From contig OZ024746.1 of assembly GCA_964016885.1 (NCBI GenBank), positions 51,026,001 to 51,090,000 of the forward strand: a stretch of DNA of 64,000 bases, given 5' to 3'. Both the position numbers and the translations under genes were made by a program. The DNA is from Eledone cirrhosa. Taxonomy: Eukaryota. Each line of letters opens with the position of its first letter. Position 1 is the first letter of the stretch. Shown piece by piece: positions 11,270 to 26,615 of this stretch. Below the pieces are notes generated by a model. That model had not been told where the DNA came from. It made no database searches and saw nothing but the letters and a program-made list of their open reading frames with translations.

Positions 11270-13728
11270 GTGGATCGATGAGATTGCCACTCTCCCTATC
11301 TACGGTCTAGCTAAATCACAGCCAAGGGAATGGGATTGGGTGGATCAACGAGATTGCCACTGCCCCTATCTACTATCTAGCGATCTACAGCCAAGGAACG
11401 AGCTTGGACGCATCAATGAGATTGCCACAGTCCCTATCTACTGTCTAGCGAAACCACAGCCAAGGGAACGGGTTTGGGTGGATCGATGAGATTGCCACTC
11501 TCCCTATCTACGGTCTAGCGAAACCACAGCCAAGGGAATGGGATTGGGTGGATCAACGAGATTTCCACTGCCCCTATCTACTATCTAGCGATCTACAGCC
11601 AAGGAACCAGCTTGGACGGATCAACGAGAATGCCACTGTCCCTATCTACTGTCTAGCGAAATCATAGCCAAGGGAACGAGCTTGGTTGGATCAACGAGAT
11701 TGCCACAGTCCCTATCAACTGTCTAGCGAAATCACAGCCAACGGAACGGGCTTGGACGGATCAACGAGATTGCCACTGTCTAGCGAAACCACAGCAAAGA
11801 GAACGGTCTTGGACGGATCAACGAGATTGCCACTGTCCCTATCTACTGTCTAGGGAAACCACAGCCAAGGGAACGGGCTTGGGTGGATCGTCGAGATTGC
11901 CACTGTCCCTATCTACTGTGTAGCGAAAGCACAGCTAAGGGAACCAGCTTGGACGGATCAAGGAGTTGGCTACTGTCCCTATCTTCTGTCTAGCGAAACC
12001 ACAGACAAGGGAACGAGCTTGTACGGATCAACGAGATTCCCACTGTCCATATCTACTGTCTAGCGAAACCACAGCCAAGGGAAAGGGCTAGGACGGATCA
12101 ACGAGATTGCCACTGTCCCTATCTACGGTCTAGCAAAGCCACAGCCAAGGGGACGAGCTTGGACGGATCAACGAGATTGCCACTGTCCCTATCTACTGTC
12201 TAGCGAAACAACAGCCAAGGGATCGGGCTTGGACGGATCAACGAGATTGCCACTGTGACGATCTACTGTCTAGCGAAACTAGAACCAAGGAACCAGCTTG
12301 GACGGATCAAGGAGATTGCCAGTCCATATCTTCTGTCTAGCGATCCACAGCCAAGCTAACGGTCTTGGACGGATCAACGAGATTGCCACTGTCCCTATCT
12401 ACTGTCTAGCGAAACCACAGACAAGGAAACGAGCTTGGACGGATCAACGAGATTGCCATTGTCCCTATCTACTGTCTAGCGAAACTACAGCCAAGGGAAC
12501 GAGCTTGGACGGATCAACGAGATTGCCATTGTCCCTATCTACCTTCTACCGAAATCACAGCCAAGGGAACGTGCTTGGACGGATCAACGATTTTGCCATG
12601 TCCCTATCAACTGTCTAGCGAAACCACAGCCAAGGGAACGGACTTAGGTGGATCATCGAGATTCCCACTATCCCTATCTACTATCTAGCGATCTACAGCC
12701 AAGGAACGAGCTTGGACGGATCAACGAGATTGCCACTGTCCCTATCTACTGTCTATTGAAACCACAGCCAAGGGAATAGGCTTGGGCGGATCAACGAAAT
12801 TCCCACTGTCCCTATCTACTGTCTAGCGAAATCACAGCCAAGGGAACGGGCTTGGACGGATCAACGAGTTTGCCACTGTCCCTATCTACTGTCTAGCGAA
12901 AGCACAACCAAGGGAACGGACTTAGGTGGATCCACGAGATTGCCACTGTCCTTATCTACTTTCTAGCGAAACCACAGCCAAGGGAACGAGCTTTGATGGA
13001 TCAACGAGATTGCCACTGTCCCTATCTACTGTCTAGCGAAACCACAGCCAAGGGAATGGGATTGGGTGGATCAACGAGATTGCCACTGTCCCTATCTACT
13101 GTCTATCGAAACTACAGCCAAGGAACGAGCTTGGACGGATCAACGAGATTGCCAGTGACCCTATCTACTGTCTAGCGAGATCACAGCCAAGGGAACGAGC
13201 TTGTGTGGATCAAAGAGATTGCCACTGTCCCTATCTAATGTCTAGCGAAAACAGAGCCAACGGAACGGGCTTGGGTGGAACAACAAGATTACCACTCTTC
13301 CTATCTTCTGTCTAGCGAAACCACAAACAAGGGAACGAGCTTGGACGGATCAACGAGATTGCCACTGTCACTATCTACTGTCTAGCGAAAATACAGTCAA
13401 TTGAACGAGCTTGGACGGATCAACGAGATTGCCATTTTCCCTATCTACTGTCTAGCGAAACCACAGCCAAGGGAACGGTCTTGGACGGATCAACGATTTT
13501 GCCACTGTCCCTATCTACTGTCTAGCGAAACCACAGCCAAGGGAACGGACTTAGGTGGATCAACGAGATTCCCACTGTCCCTATCTACTATCTAGCGATC
13601 TACAGCCAAGGAACGATCTTGGACGGATCAACAAGATTGCCACTGTCCCTAGCTACTGTCTAGCGAAACCACAGCCAAGGGAATGGGCTTGGGCGGATTA
13701 ACGAGATTCCCACTGTCCCTATCTACTG

Positions 13729-13763
<35 letters not shown>

Positions 13764-15703
13764 CGGATCAACGAGATTGCCACTGTCCCTATCTACTGTC
13801 TAGCGAAACTACAGCCAAGGAACCAGCTTGGACAGATCAACGAGATTGCCACTGTCCCTATCTACTGTCTAGCGAAACCAAGGCCAAGCGAACGGGCTTG
13901 GGTGGATCGACGAGATTGCCACTGTCCCTATCTACGGTCTAGCGAAATTACAGCCAAGGGAACGGGCTTGGGTGGATCAACGAGATTGCCACCGTCCCTA
14001 TCTACTGTCTAGCGAAATCACAGCCAAGGGAACGATGTTGGGTGGATCAACGATATTGCCACTGTCCCTATCTTCTGTCTAGCGAAACCACAGCCAAGCA
14101 AACGGTCTTGGACGGATAAACGAGATTGCCACTGTCCCTATCTACTTTCTAGCGAAATCAATGACAAGGAAACGAGCTTGGGTGGATCAACGAGATTGCC
14201 ACTGTCCCTATCTACTGTTTAGCGAAACCAGAGCCAACGGAACGGGCTTGGGTGGATCAACAAGATTACCACTGTCCCTATCTTCTGTCTAGCGAAACCA
14301 CAGCCAAGGAACGAGTTTGGACGGATCAACGAGATTACCACAGTCCCTATCTACTGTCTAGCGAAACCACAGCCAAGGGAATGGGCTTGGTCGGATCAAC
14401 GAGATTGCCACTGTCCCTATCTACTGTCTAGCGAAACCACAGCCAAGGGAATAGGCTTGGGCGTATAAACGAGATTCCCACTGTCCCTATCTACAGTCTA
14501 GCGAAATCGCAACCAAGGGAATGGGCTTGGACGGATCAACGAGTTTGCCACTGTCCCTATCTAGTGTCTAGCGAAACTACAGACAAGGGAATGGACTTAG
14601 GTGGATCCACGAGATTGCCACTGTCCCTATCTACTGTCTATCGAAACTACAGCCAAGGAACGAGCTTGGACGGATCAACGAGATTGCCAGTGTCCCTATC
14701 TACTGTCTAGCGAAATCACAGCCAAGGGAACGAGCTTGTGTGGATCAAAGAGATTGCCACTGTCCCTATCTACTGTCTAGCGAAACCAGAGCCAACGGAA
14801 CGGGCTTGGGTGGAACAATAAGATTACCACTGTCCCTATCTTCTGTTTAGCGAAACCACAGACAAGGGAACGAGCTTGGACGGATCAACGAGATTGCCAC
14901 TGTCCCTATCTACTGTCTAGCGAAACTACAGTCAAGGGAACGAGCTTGGACGGATCAACGAGATTGCCATTTTCCCTATCTACTGTCTAGCGAAACCACA
15001 GCCAAGGGAACGGTCTTGGACGGATCAACGATTTTGCCACTGTCCCTATCTACTGTCTAGCGAAACCACAGCCAAGGGAACGGACTTAGGTGGATCAACG
15101 AGATTCCCACTGTCCCTATCTACTATCTAGCGATCTACAGCCAAGGAACGAGCTTGGACGGATCAACAAGATTGCCACTGTCCCTAGCTACTGTCTAGCG
15201 AAACCACAGCCAAGGGAATAGGCTTGGGCGGATTAACGAGATTCCCACTGTCCCTATCTACTGTCTAGCGAAATCACAGCCAAGGGAACGGGCTTCGACG
15301 GATCAACGAGTTTGCCACTGTCCCTATCTACTGTCAAGCGAAACCACAGCCAAGGAACGAGCTTGGACGGATCAACGAGATTGCCACTGTCCCTATCTAC
15401 TGTCTAGCGAAACCACAGCCAAGGGAACTGGCTTGGACGGATCAACGAGATTGCCACTGTCCCTATCTACTGTCTAGCGAAACGACAGCCAACGGAACGG
15501 GCTTGGGCGGATAAACGAGATTGCCACTGTCCTTATCTACTTTCTAGTGAAACCACAGCCAAGGGAACGAGCTTGGGTTGATCAACGAGATTGTCACTGT
15601 CCCTATCTACTGTCTAGCGAAACCACAACGAAGGGAACGGGCTTGGACGGATCAACAAGATTGCCACTGTCCCTATCTACTGTCTAGCGAAACTACAGCC
15701 AAG
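6460..15703 (+). repeat. Near-identical tandem duplication of ~4.6 kb (about 6460-11046 and 11047-15703)
   Basis: ORF pairs 7641/12298, 8336/12993 and 8744/13401 are all offset by 4657. Marker GAACGTGTTT is at 6461/11048 (offset 4587); the 70-bp difference is one extra monomer near 12181-12250. Confidence 0.93.
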
Positions 15704-15751
15704 GAACCAGCTTGGACGGATCAACGAGATTGCCACTGTCTCTATCTACTG

Positions 15752-15785
<34 letters not shown>

Positions 15786-16976
15786 GTGGATTGACGAGAT
15801 TGCCACTGTCCCTATCTACTGTCTAGCGAAACCACAGCAAAGGGAACGGGCTTGGGTGGGTCGATGAGATTGCCACTGCCCCTATCTACTATCTAGCGAT
15901 CTACAGCCAAGGAACCAGCTTGGACGGATCAACGAGAGTGCCACTGTCCCTATCTACTGTCTAGCGAAATCACAGCCAACGGAACGGGCTTGGATGGATC
16001 AACGAGATTGCCACCGTCTAGCGAAACCACAGCAAAGGGAACGGTCTTGGACGGATCAACGATATTGCCACTGTCCCTATCAAATGTCTAGGGAAACCAG
16101 AGCCAAGGGATCGGGCTTGGGTGGATCGTCGAGATTGCCACTGCCCCTATCTACTATCTAGCGATCTACAGCCAAGGAACCAGCTTGGACGGATCAACGA
16201 GAGTGCCACTGTCCCTATCTACTGTCTAGCGAAATCACAGCCAAGGGAACGAGCTTGGTTGGATCAACGAGATTGCCACTGTCCCTATCTACTGTCTAGC
16301 GAAATCACAGCCAACGGAACGGGCTTGGATGGATCAACGAGATTGCCACTGTCTAGCGAAACCACAGCAAAGGGAACGGTCTTGGACGGATCAACGAGAT
16401 TGCCACTGTCCCTATCTACGGTCTAGCGAAACTACAACCAAGGGAACGAGGTTGGGTGGATCAACGATATTGCCAATGTCCCTATCTTCTGTCTAGCGAA
16501 ACCACAGACAAGCTAACGGTCTTGGACGGATCAACGAGATTGCAACTGTCCCTATCTACTTTCTAGCGAAATCACAGCCAAGGAAACGAGCTTGGGTGGA
16601 TCAACGAGATTGCCACTGTCCCTATCTACAGTCTAGCGAGACCAGAGCCAACGGAACGGGCTTGGGTGGATCAACAAGATTACCACTGTCCCTATCTTCT
16701 GTCTAGCGAAACCACAGACAAGGGAACGAGCTTGGACGGATCAAGGAGATGGCCACTGTCCCTATCTACTGTCTAGCGAAACCACAGACAAGGGAACGAG
16801 CTTGGACGGATCAACGAGATTGCCACTGTCCCTATCTACTGTGTAGCGAAATTACAGCCAAGGGAACGAGCTTGGACGGATCAACGAGATTGCCATTGTC
16901 CCTATCTACTGTCTAGCGAATCCACAGCCAAGGGAATGGGCTTGGACGGATCAACGAGATTGACACTATCCCTATC

Positions 16977-17102
16977 TACTGTCTAGCGAAACCACAGCCA
17001 AGGGAATAGGCTTGGGCGTATCAACGAGATTCCCACTGTCCCTATCTACAGTCTAGCGAAATCGCAACCAAGGGAACGGGCTTGGACGGATCAACGAGTT
17101 TG

Positions 17103-17137
<35 letters not shown>

Positions 17138-18655
17138 ACAAGGGAATGGACTTAGGTGGATCCACGAGATTGCCAATGTCCCTATCTACTGTCTAGCGAA
17201 ATCACAGCCAAGGGAACGGGCTTGTGTGGATCAAAGAGATTGCCACTGTCCCTATCTACTGTCTAGCGATACCAGAGCCAACGAAATGGGCTTGGGTGGA
17301 ACAACAAGATTACCACTGTCCCTATCTTCTGTCTAGCGAAACCACAGACAAGGGAACGAGCTTGGACGGATCAACGAGATTGCCACTGTCCCTATCTACT
17401 GTCTAGCGAAACTACAGTCAAGGGAACGAGCTTGGACGGATAAACGAGTTTGCCGTTTTCCCTATCTACTGTCTAGCGAAACCACAGCCAAGGGAACGAT
17501 CTTAGACAGATCAACGATTTTGCACTGTCCCTATCTACTGTCTAGCGAAACCACAGCCAAGGGAACGGACTCAGGTGGATCAACGAGATTCCCACTGTCC
17601 CTATCTACTATCTAGCGATCTACAGCCAAGGAAGGAGCTTGGACGGATCAACAAGATTGCCACTGTCCCTATCTACTGTCTAGCGAAACCACAGCCAATG
17701 GAATAGGCTTGGGCGGATTAACGAGATTCCCACTGTCCCTATCTGCTGTCTAGCGAAACCACAACGAAGGGAACGGGCTTGGACGGATCAACGAGATTGC
17801 CACTGTCCCTATCTACTGTCTAGCGAAACTACAGCCAAGGAACCAGCTTGGACGGATCAACGAGATTGCCACTGTCCCTATCTACTGTCTAGCGAAACCA
17901 CGGCACAGCGAACGGGTTTGGGTGGATCGACGAGATTGCCACTGTCCCTATCTACGGTCTAGCGAAACTACAGCCAAGGGAACGGGCTTGGGTGGATCAA
18001 CGGGATTGCTACTGTCCCTATCTACTGTCTAGCGAAATCACAGCCAAGGGAACGATGTTGGGTGGATCAACGAGATTGCCACTGTCCCTATCTTCTGTCT
18101 AGCGAAACCACAGCCAAGCTAACGGTCTTGGACGGATCAACGAGATTGCCACTGTCCCTATCTACTGTCTAGCGAAATCACAGCCAAGGGAACGGGCTTC
18201 GACGGATCAACGAGTTTGCCACTGTCCCTATCTACTGTCAAGCGAAATCACAGCCAAGGAACGAGCTTGGACGGATCAACGAGATTGCCACTGTCCCTAT
18301 CTACTGTCTAGCGAAACCACAGCCAAGGGAACTGGCTTGGACGGATCAACGAGATTGCCACTGTCCCTATCTACTGTCTAGTGAAACGACAGCCAACAGA
18401 ACGGGCTTGGACGGATAAACGAGATTGCCACTGTCCTTATCTACTTTCTAGCGAAACCACAGCCAAGGGAACGAGCTTAGGTTGATCAACGAGATTGCCA
18501 CTGTCCCTATCTACTGTCTAGCGAAACTACAGCCAAGGAACCAGCTTGGACGGATCAACGAGATTGCCACTGTCCCTACCTACTGTCTAGCGAAACCACG
18601 GCCAAGCGAACGGGTTTGGGTGGATTGACGAGATTTCCACTGTCCCTATCTACTG

Positions 18656-18689
<34 letters not shown>

Positions 18690-20470
18690 GTGGATCGATG
18701 AGATTGCCACTCTCCCTATCTACGGTCTAGCTAAATCACAGCCAAGGGAATTGGATTGGGTGGATCAACGAGATTGCCACTGCCCCTATCTACTATCTAG
18801 CGATCTACAGCCAAGGAACCAGCTTGGACGGATCAACGAGAGTGCCACTGTCCCTATCTACTGTCTAGCGAAATCACAGCCAATGGAACGAGCTTGGTTG
18901 GATCAACGAGATTGCCACTGTCCCTATCTACTGTCTAGCGAAATCACAGCCAACGGAACGGGCTTGGACGGATCAACGAGATTGCCACTGTCTAGCGAAA
19001 CCACAGCAAAGGGAACGGTCTTGGACGGATCAACGATATTGCCACTGTCCCTATCTACTGTCTAGGGAAACCACGGCCAAGCAAACGGGCTTGTGTGGAT
19101 CGACGAGATTGCCACTGTCCCTATCTACTATCTTGCGATCTACAGCCAAGGAACCACCTTGGACGGATCAACGAGAGTGCCACTGTCCCTATCTACTGTC
19201 TAGCGAAATCTCAGCCAAGGGAACGAGCTTGGTTGGATCAACGATATTGCCACTGTCCCTATCTACTGTCTAGCGAAATCACAGCCAACGGAACGGGCTT
19301 GGACGGATCAACGAGATTGCCACTGTCTAGCGAAACCACATCAAAGGGAACGGTCTTGGACGGATCAACGAGATTGCCACTGTCCCTATCTACTGTGTAG
19401 CGAAACCACGGCCAAGCAAACGGGCTTGTGTGGATCGACGAGATTGCCACTGTCCCTATCTACGGTCTAGCGAAATCACAGCCAAGGGAACGAGGTTAGG
19501 TGGTTCAACGATATTGCCAATGTCCCTATCTTCTGTCTAGCGAAACCACAGACAAGCTAACGGTCTTGGACGGATCAACGAGATTGCCACTGTCTAGCGA
19601 AACCACATCAAAGGGAACGGGCTTGGACGGATCAACGAGATTGCCACTGTCTAGCGAAACCACATCAAAGGGAACGGTCTTGGACGGATCAACGAGATTG
19701 CCACTGTCCCTATCTACTGTCTAGCGAAACCACGGCCAAGCAAACGGGCTTGGGTGGATTAACGAGATTGCCACTGTCCCTATCTACTGTCTAACGAAAT
19801 CACAGCCAAGGGAACGAGGTTGGGTGGTTCAACGATATTGCCAATGTCCCTATCTTCTGTCTAGCGAAACCACAGACAAGCTAACGGTCTTGGACGGATC
19901 AACGAGATTGCCACTGTCTCTATCTACTTTCTAGCAAAATCACAGCCAAGGAAACGAGCTTGGGTGGATCAACGAGATTGCCACTGTCCCTATCTACAGT
20001 CTAGCGAAACCAGAGCCAACGGAACGGGCTTGGGTGGATCAACAAGATTACCACTGTCCCTATCTTCTGTCTAGCGAAACCACAGACAAGGGAACGAGCT
20101 TGGACGGATCAAGGAGATGGCCACTGTCCCTATCTACTGTCTAGCGAAACCACAGACAAGGGAACGAGCTTGGACGGATCAACGAGATTGCCACTGTCCC
20201 TATCTACTGTGTAGCGAAATTACAGCCAAGGGAACGAGCTTGGACGGATCAATGAGATTGCCATTGTCCCTATCTACTGTCTAGCGAAACCACAGCCAAG
20301 GGAATGGGCTTGGACGGATCAACGAGATTGCCACTGTCCCTATCTACTGTCTAGCGAAACCACAGTCAAGGGAATAGGCTTGGGCGTATCAACGAGATTC
20401 CCACTGTCCCTATCTACAGTCTAGCGAAATCGCAACCAAGGGAACGGGATTGGACGGATCAACGAGTTTG

Positions 20471-20505
<35 letters not shown>

Positions 20506-20820
20506 ACAAGGGAATGGACTTAGGTGGATCCACGAGATTGCCACTGTCCCTATCTACTGTCTAGCAAAATCACAGCCAAGGGATCGGGCTTGTGTGGATC
20601 AAAGAGATTGCCACTGTCCCTATCTACTGTCTAGCGAAACCAGAGCCAACGAAACGGGCTTGGGTGGAACAACAAGATTACCACTGTCCCTATCTACTGT
20701 CTAGCGAAACCACAGCCAAGGGAATAGGCTTGGGCGTATCAACGAGATTCCCACTGTCCCTATCTACAGTCTAGCGAAATCGCAACCAAGGGAACGGGCT
20801 TGGACGGATCAACGAGTTTG

Positions 20821-20855
<35 letters not shown>

Positions 20856-22373
20856 ACAAGGGAATGGACTTAGGTGGATCCACGAGATTGCCAATGTCCC
20901 TATCTACTGTCTAGCGAAATCACAGCCAAGGGAACGGGCTTGTGTGGATCAAAGAGATTGCCACTGTCCCTATCTACTGTCTAGCGATACCAGAGCCAAC
21001 GAAATGGGCTTGGGTGGAACAACAAGATTACCACTGTCCCTATCTTCTGTCTAGCGAAACCACAGACAAGGGAACGAGCTTGGACGGATCAACGAGATTG
21101 CCACTGTCCCTATCTACTGTCTAGCGAAACTACAGTCAAGGGAACGAGCTTGGACGGATAAACGAGTTTGCCGTTTTCCCTATCTACTGTCTAGCGAAAC
21201 CACAGCCAAGGGAACGATCTTAGACAGATCAACGATTTTGCACTGTCCCTATCTACTGTCTAGCGAAACCACAGCCAAGGGAACGGACTCAGGTGGATCA
21301 ACGAGATTCCCACTGTCCCTATCTACTATCTAGCGATCTACAGCCAAGGAAGGAGCTTGGACGGATCAACAAGATTGCCACTGTCCCTATCTACTGTCTA
21401 GCGAAACCACAGCCAATGGAATAGGCTTGGGCGGATTAACGAGATTCCCACTGTCCCTATCTGCTGTCTAGCGAAACCACAACGAAGGGAACGGGCTTGG
21501 ACGGATCAACGAGATTGCCACTGTCCCTATCTACTGTCTAGCGAAACTACAGCCAAGGAACCAGCTTGGACGGATCAACGAGATTGCCACTGTCCCTATC
21601 TACTGTCTAGCGAAACCACGGCCCAGCGAACGGGTTTGGGTGGATCGACGAGATTGCCACTGTCCCTATCTACGGTCTAGCGAAACTACAGCCAAGGGAA
21701 CGGGCTTGGGTGGATCAACGGGATTGCTACTGTCCCTATCTACTGTCTAGCGAAATCACAGCCAAGGGAACGATGTTGGGTGGATCAACGAGATTGCCAC
21801 TGTCCCTATCTTCTGTCTAGCGAAACCACAGCCAAGCTAACGGTCTTGGACGGATCAACGAGATTGCCACTGTCCCTATCTACTGTCTAGCGAAATCACA
21901 GCCAAGGGAACGGGCTTCGACGGATCAACGAGTTTGCCACTGTCCCTATCTACTGTCAAGCGAAATCACAGCCAAGGAACGAGCTTGGACGGATCAACGA
22001 GATTGCCACTGTCCCTATCTACTGTCTAGCGAAACCACAGCCAAGGGAACTGGCTTGGACGGATCAACGAGATTGCCACTGTCCCTATCTACTGTCTAGT
22101 GAAACGACAGCCAACAGAACGGGCTTGGACGGATAAACGAGATTGCCACTGTCCTTATCTACTTTCTAGCGAAACCACAGCCAAGGGAACGAGCTTAGGT
22201 TGATCAACGAGATTGCCACTGTCCCTATCTACTGTCTAGCGAAACTACAGCCAAGGAACCAGCTTGGACGGATCAACGAGATTGCCACTGTCCCTACCTA
22301 CTGTCTAGCGAAACCACGGCCAAGCGAACGGGTTTGGGTGGATTGACGAGATTTCCACTGTCCCTATCTACTG

Positions 22374-22407
<34 letters not shown>

Positions 22408-24188
22408 GTGGATCGATGAGATTGCCACTCTCCCTATCTACGGTCTAGCTAAATCACAGCCAAGGGAATTGGATTGGGTGGATCAACGAGATTGCCACTG
22501 CCCCTATCTACTATCTAGCGATCTACAGCCAAGGAACCAGCTTGGACGGATCAACGAGAGTGCCACTGTCCCTATCTACTGTCTAGCGAAATCACAGCCA
22601 ATGGAACGAGCTTGGTTGGATCAACGAGATTGCCACTGTCCCTATCTACTGTCTAGCGAAATCACAGCCAACGGAACGGGCTTGGACGGATAAACGAGAT
22701 TGCCACTGTCTAGCGAAACCACAGCAAAGGGAACGGTCTTGGACGGATCAACGATATTGCCACTGTCCCTATCTACTGTCTAGGGAAACCACGGCCAAGC
22801 AAACGGGCTTGTGTGGATCGACAAGATTGCCACTGTCCCTATCTACTATCTTGCGATCTACAGCCAAGGAACCACCTTGGACGGATCAACGAGAGTGCCA
22901 CTGTCCCTATCTACTGTCTAGCGAAATCTCAGCCAAGGGAACGAGCTTGGTTGGATCAACGATATTGCCACTGTCCCTATCTACTGTCTAGCGAAATCAC
23001 AGCCAACGGAACGGGCTTGGACGGATCAACGAGATTGCCACTGTCTAGCGAAACCACATCAAAGGGAACGGTCTTGGACGGATCAACGAGATTGCCACTG
23101 TCCCTATCTACTGTGTAGCGAAACCACGGCCAAGCAAACGGGCTTGTGTGGATCGACGAGATTGCCACTGTCCCTATCTACGGTCTAGCGAAATCACAGC
23201 CAAGGGAACGAGGTTAGGTGGTTCAACGATATTGCCAATGTCCCTATCTTCTGTCTAGCGAAACCACAGACAAGCTAACGGTCTTGGACGGATCAACGAG
23301 ATTGCCACTGTCTAGCGAAACCACATCAAAGGGAACGGGCTTGGACGGATCAACGAGATTGCCACTGTCTAGCGAAACCACATCAAAGGGAACGGTCTTG
23401 GACGGATCAACGAGATTGCCACTGTCCCTATCTACTGTCTAGCGAAACCACGGCCAAGCAAACGGGCTTGGGTGGATTAACGAGATTGCCACTGTCCCTA
23501 TCTACTGTCTAACGAAATCACAGCCAAGGGAACGAGGTTGGGTGGTTCAACGATATTGCCAATGTCCCTATCTTCTGTCTAGCGAAACCACAGACAAGCT
23601 AACGGTCTTGGACGGATCAACGAGATTGCCACTGTCTCTATCTACTTTCTAGCAAAATCACAGCCAAGGAAACGAGCTTGGGTGGATCAACGAGATTGCC
23701 ACTGTCCCTATCTACAGTCTAGCGAAACCAGAGCCAACGGAACGGGCTTGGGTGGATCAACAAGATTACCACTGTCCCTATCTTCTGTCTAGCGAAACCA
23801 CAGACAAGGGAACGAGCTTGGACGGATCAAGGAGATGGCCACTGTCCCTATCTACTGTCTAGCGAAACCACAGACAAGGGAACGAGCTTGGACGGATCAA
23901 CGAGATTGCCACTGTCCCTATCTACTGTGTAGCGAAATTACAGCCAAGGGAACGAGCTTGGACGGATCAATGAGATTGCCATTGTCCCTATCTACTGTCT
24001 AGCGAAACCACAGCCAAGGGAATGGGCTTGGACGGATCAACGAGATTGCCACTGTCCCTATCTACTGTCTAGCGAAACCACAGTCAAGGGAATAGGCTTG
24101 GGCGTATCAACGAGATTCCCACTGTCCCTATCTACAGTCTAGCGAAATCGCAACCAAGGGAACGGGATTGGACGGATCAACGAGTTTG

Positions 24189-24223
<35 letters not shown>

Positions 24224-24412
24224 ACAAGGGAATGGACTTAGGTGGATCCACGAGATTGCCACTGTCCCTATCTACTGTCTAGCAAAATCACAGCCAAGGG
24301 ATCGGGCTTGTGTGGATCAAAGAGATTGCCACTGTCCCTATCTACTGTCTAGCGAAACCAGAGCCAACGAAACGGGCTTGGGTGGAACAACAAGATTACC
24401 ACTGTCCCTATC
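16977..24412 (+). repeat. Near-identical tandem duplication of 3718 bp (about 16977-20694 and 20695-24412)
   Basis: ORF pairs 17224/20942, 18751/22469, 19091/22809, 19500/23218 and 20592/24310 are all offset by exactly 3718. Only a few SNPs were seen. Confidence 0.95.
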
Positions 24413-24899
24413 TTCTGTCTAGCGAAACCACAGACAAGGGAACGAGCTTGGACGGATCAACGAGATTGCCACTGTCCCTATCTACTGTCTAGCGAAACTA
24501 CAGTCAAGGCAACGAGCTTGGACGGATCAACGAGATTGCCATTTTCCCTATCTAGTGTCTAGCGAAACCACAGCCAAGGGAACGGACTTAGGTGGATCAA
24601 CGAGATTCCTACTGTCCCTATCTACTATCTAGCGATCTACAGCCAAGGAAGGAGCTTGGACGGATCAACAAGATTGCCACTGTCCCTAGCTACTCTCTAG
24701 CGAAACCACAGCCAAGGGAATAGGCTTGGGCGGATTAACGAGATTCCCACTGTCCCTATCTGCTGTCTAGCAAAACCACAGCCAAGGGAACTGGCTTGGA
24801 CGGATCAACGAGATTGCCACTGTCCCTATCTACTGTCTAGCGAAACGACAGCCAACGGAACGGGCTTGGACGGATAAACGAGATTGCCACTGTCCTTAT

Positions 24900-26580
24900 C
24901 TACTTTCTAGCGAAACCACAACGAAGGGAACGGGCTTGGACGGATCAACGAGATTGCCACTGTCCCTATCTACTGTCTAGCGAAACTACAGCCAAGGAAC
25001 CAGCTTGGACGGATCAACGAGATTGCCACTGTCCCTATCTACTGTCTAGCGAAACCAAGGCCAAGCGAACGGGTTTGGGTGGATCGACGAGATTGCCACT
25101 GTCCCTATCTACGGTCTAGCGAAACTACAGCCAAGGGAACGGGCTTGGGTGGATCAACGGGATTGCCACTGTCCCTATCTACTGTCTAGCGAAATCACAG
25201 CCAAGGAAACGAGGTTGGGTAGATCAACGAGATTGCCACTGTCCCTATCTTCTGTCTAGCGAAACCACAGCCAAGAAAACGGGCTTGGACGGATCAACGA
25301 GATTGCCACTGTCGCTATCTACTGTCTAGCGAAACCACTGCCAAGGGAACAGGCTTGGACGGATCAACGAGATTGCCACTGTCCATATCTACTGTCTAGC
25401 GAAACTACAGCCAAGAAACCAGCTTGGACGGATCAACGAGATTGCCACTGTCCCTATCTACTGTCTAACGAAACCACAGCCAAGGGAACGGCTTCGACGG
25501 ATCAACGAGATTGCCACTGTCCCTATCTACTGTCTAGCGAAACTACAGCCAATGAACCAGCTTGGACAGATCAACGAGATTGCCACTGTCCCTATCTACT
25601 GTCTAGGGAAACCACAGCCAAGGGAACAGGCTTGGGTGGATCGATGAGATTGCCACTCTCCCTATCTACGGTCTATCGAAACCACAGCCAAGGGAATGGG
25701 ATTGGGTGGATCAACGAGATTGCCACTGCCCCTATCTACTGTCTAGGGAAATCACAGCCAAGGGAACGGGCTTGGACGGATCAACGAGATTGCCACTGTC
25801 CCTATCTACTGTCTAGCGAAACCACAGCCAAGGCAACAGGCTTGGACGGATAAACGAGATTGCCACTGTCCCTATCTACTTTCTAGCGAAACGACAGCCA
25901 ACGGAACGGGCTTGGACGGATAAATGAGATTGCCACTTTCCCTATCTACTGTCTAGAGAAACCACAGCAAAGGGAACGGTCTTGGACGGATCAACGTGAT
26001 TGCCACTGTCCCTATCTACTGTCTAGGGAAACCACAGCTAAGGGAACGATCTTGGACGGATCAACGAGATTGCCACTGTCCCTATCTACTATGTAGCGAA
26101 ACCACAGCTAAGGGAATGTGCTTGGACGGAACAACGAGATTGCCACTTTCCTTATCTACTTTCTAGCGAAACCACAGCCAAGGGAACGAGCTTGGGTGGA
26201 TCAACGAGATTGCCACTGTCCCTATCTAATGTCTAGCGAAACACAGCCAAGGGAACGGGCTTGAACGGATCAACGAGATTGCCACTGTCCCTATCTACTG
26301 TCTAGCGAAACCAAAGCCAAGGGAACGGGCTTGGGTGGATCGAGGAGATTGCCACTGTCCCTATCTATGGTCTAGCGAAACAACAGCCAAGGGAACGGGC
26401 TTGGGTGGATCAACGAGATTGCCACTGTCCCTATCTACTGTCTAGCGAAATCACAGCCAAGGGAACGAGGTTGGGTGGATCAACGAGATTGCCACTGTCC
26501 CTATCTTCTGTCTAGCGAAACCACAGCCAAGCGAACGGTCTTGGACGGATCAACGAGATTGCCACTGTCCCTATCTGCTG

Positions 26581-26615
<35 letters not shown>

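Noticed and set aside
19259-23168. Minus-strand ORFs at 19259-19450 and 22977-23168
   Set aside because: These are antisense read-throughs opened by the 13-bp deletion and a CTAG>GTAG variant. They appear twice only because of the 3718-bp duplication.
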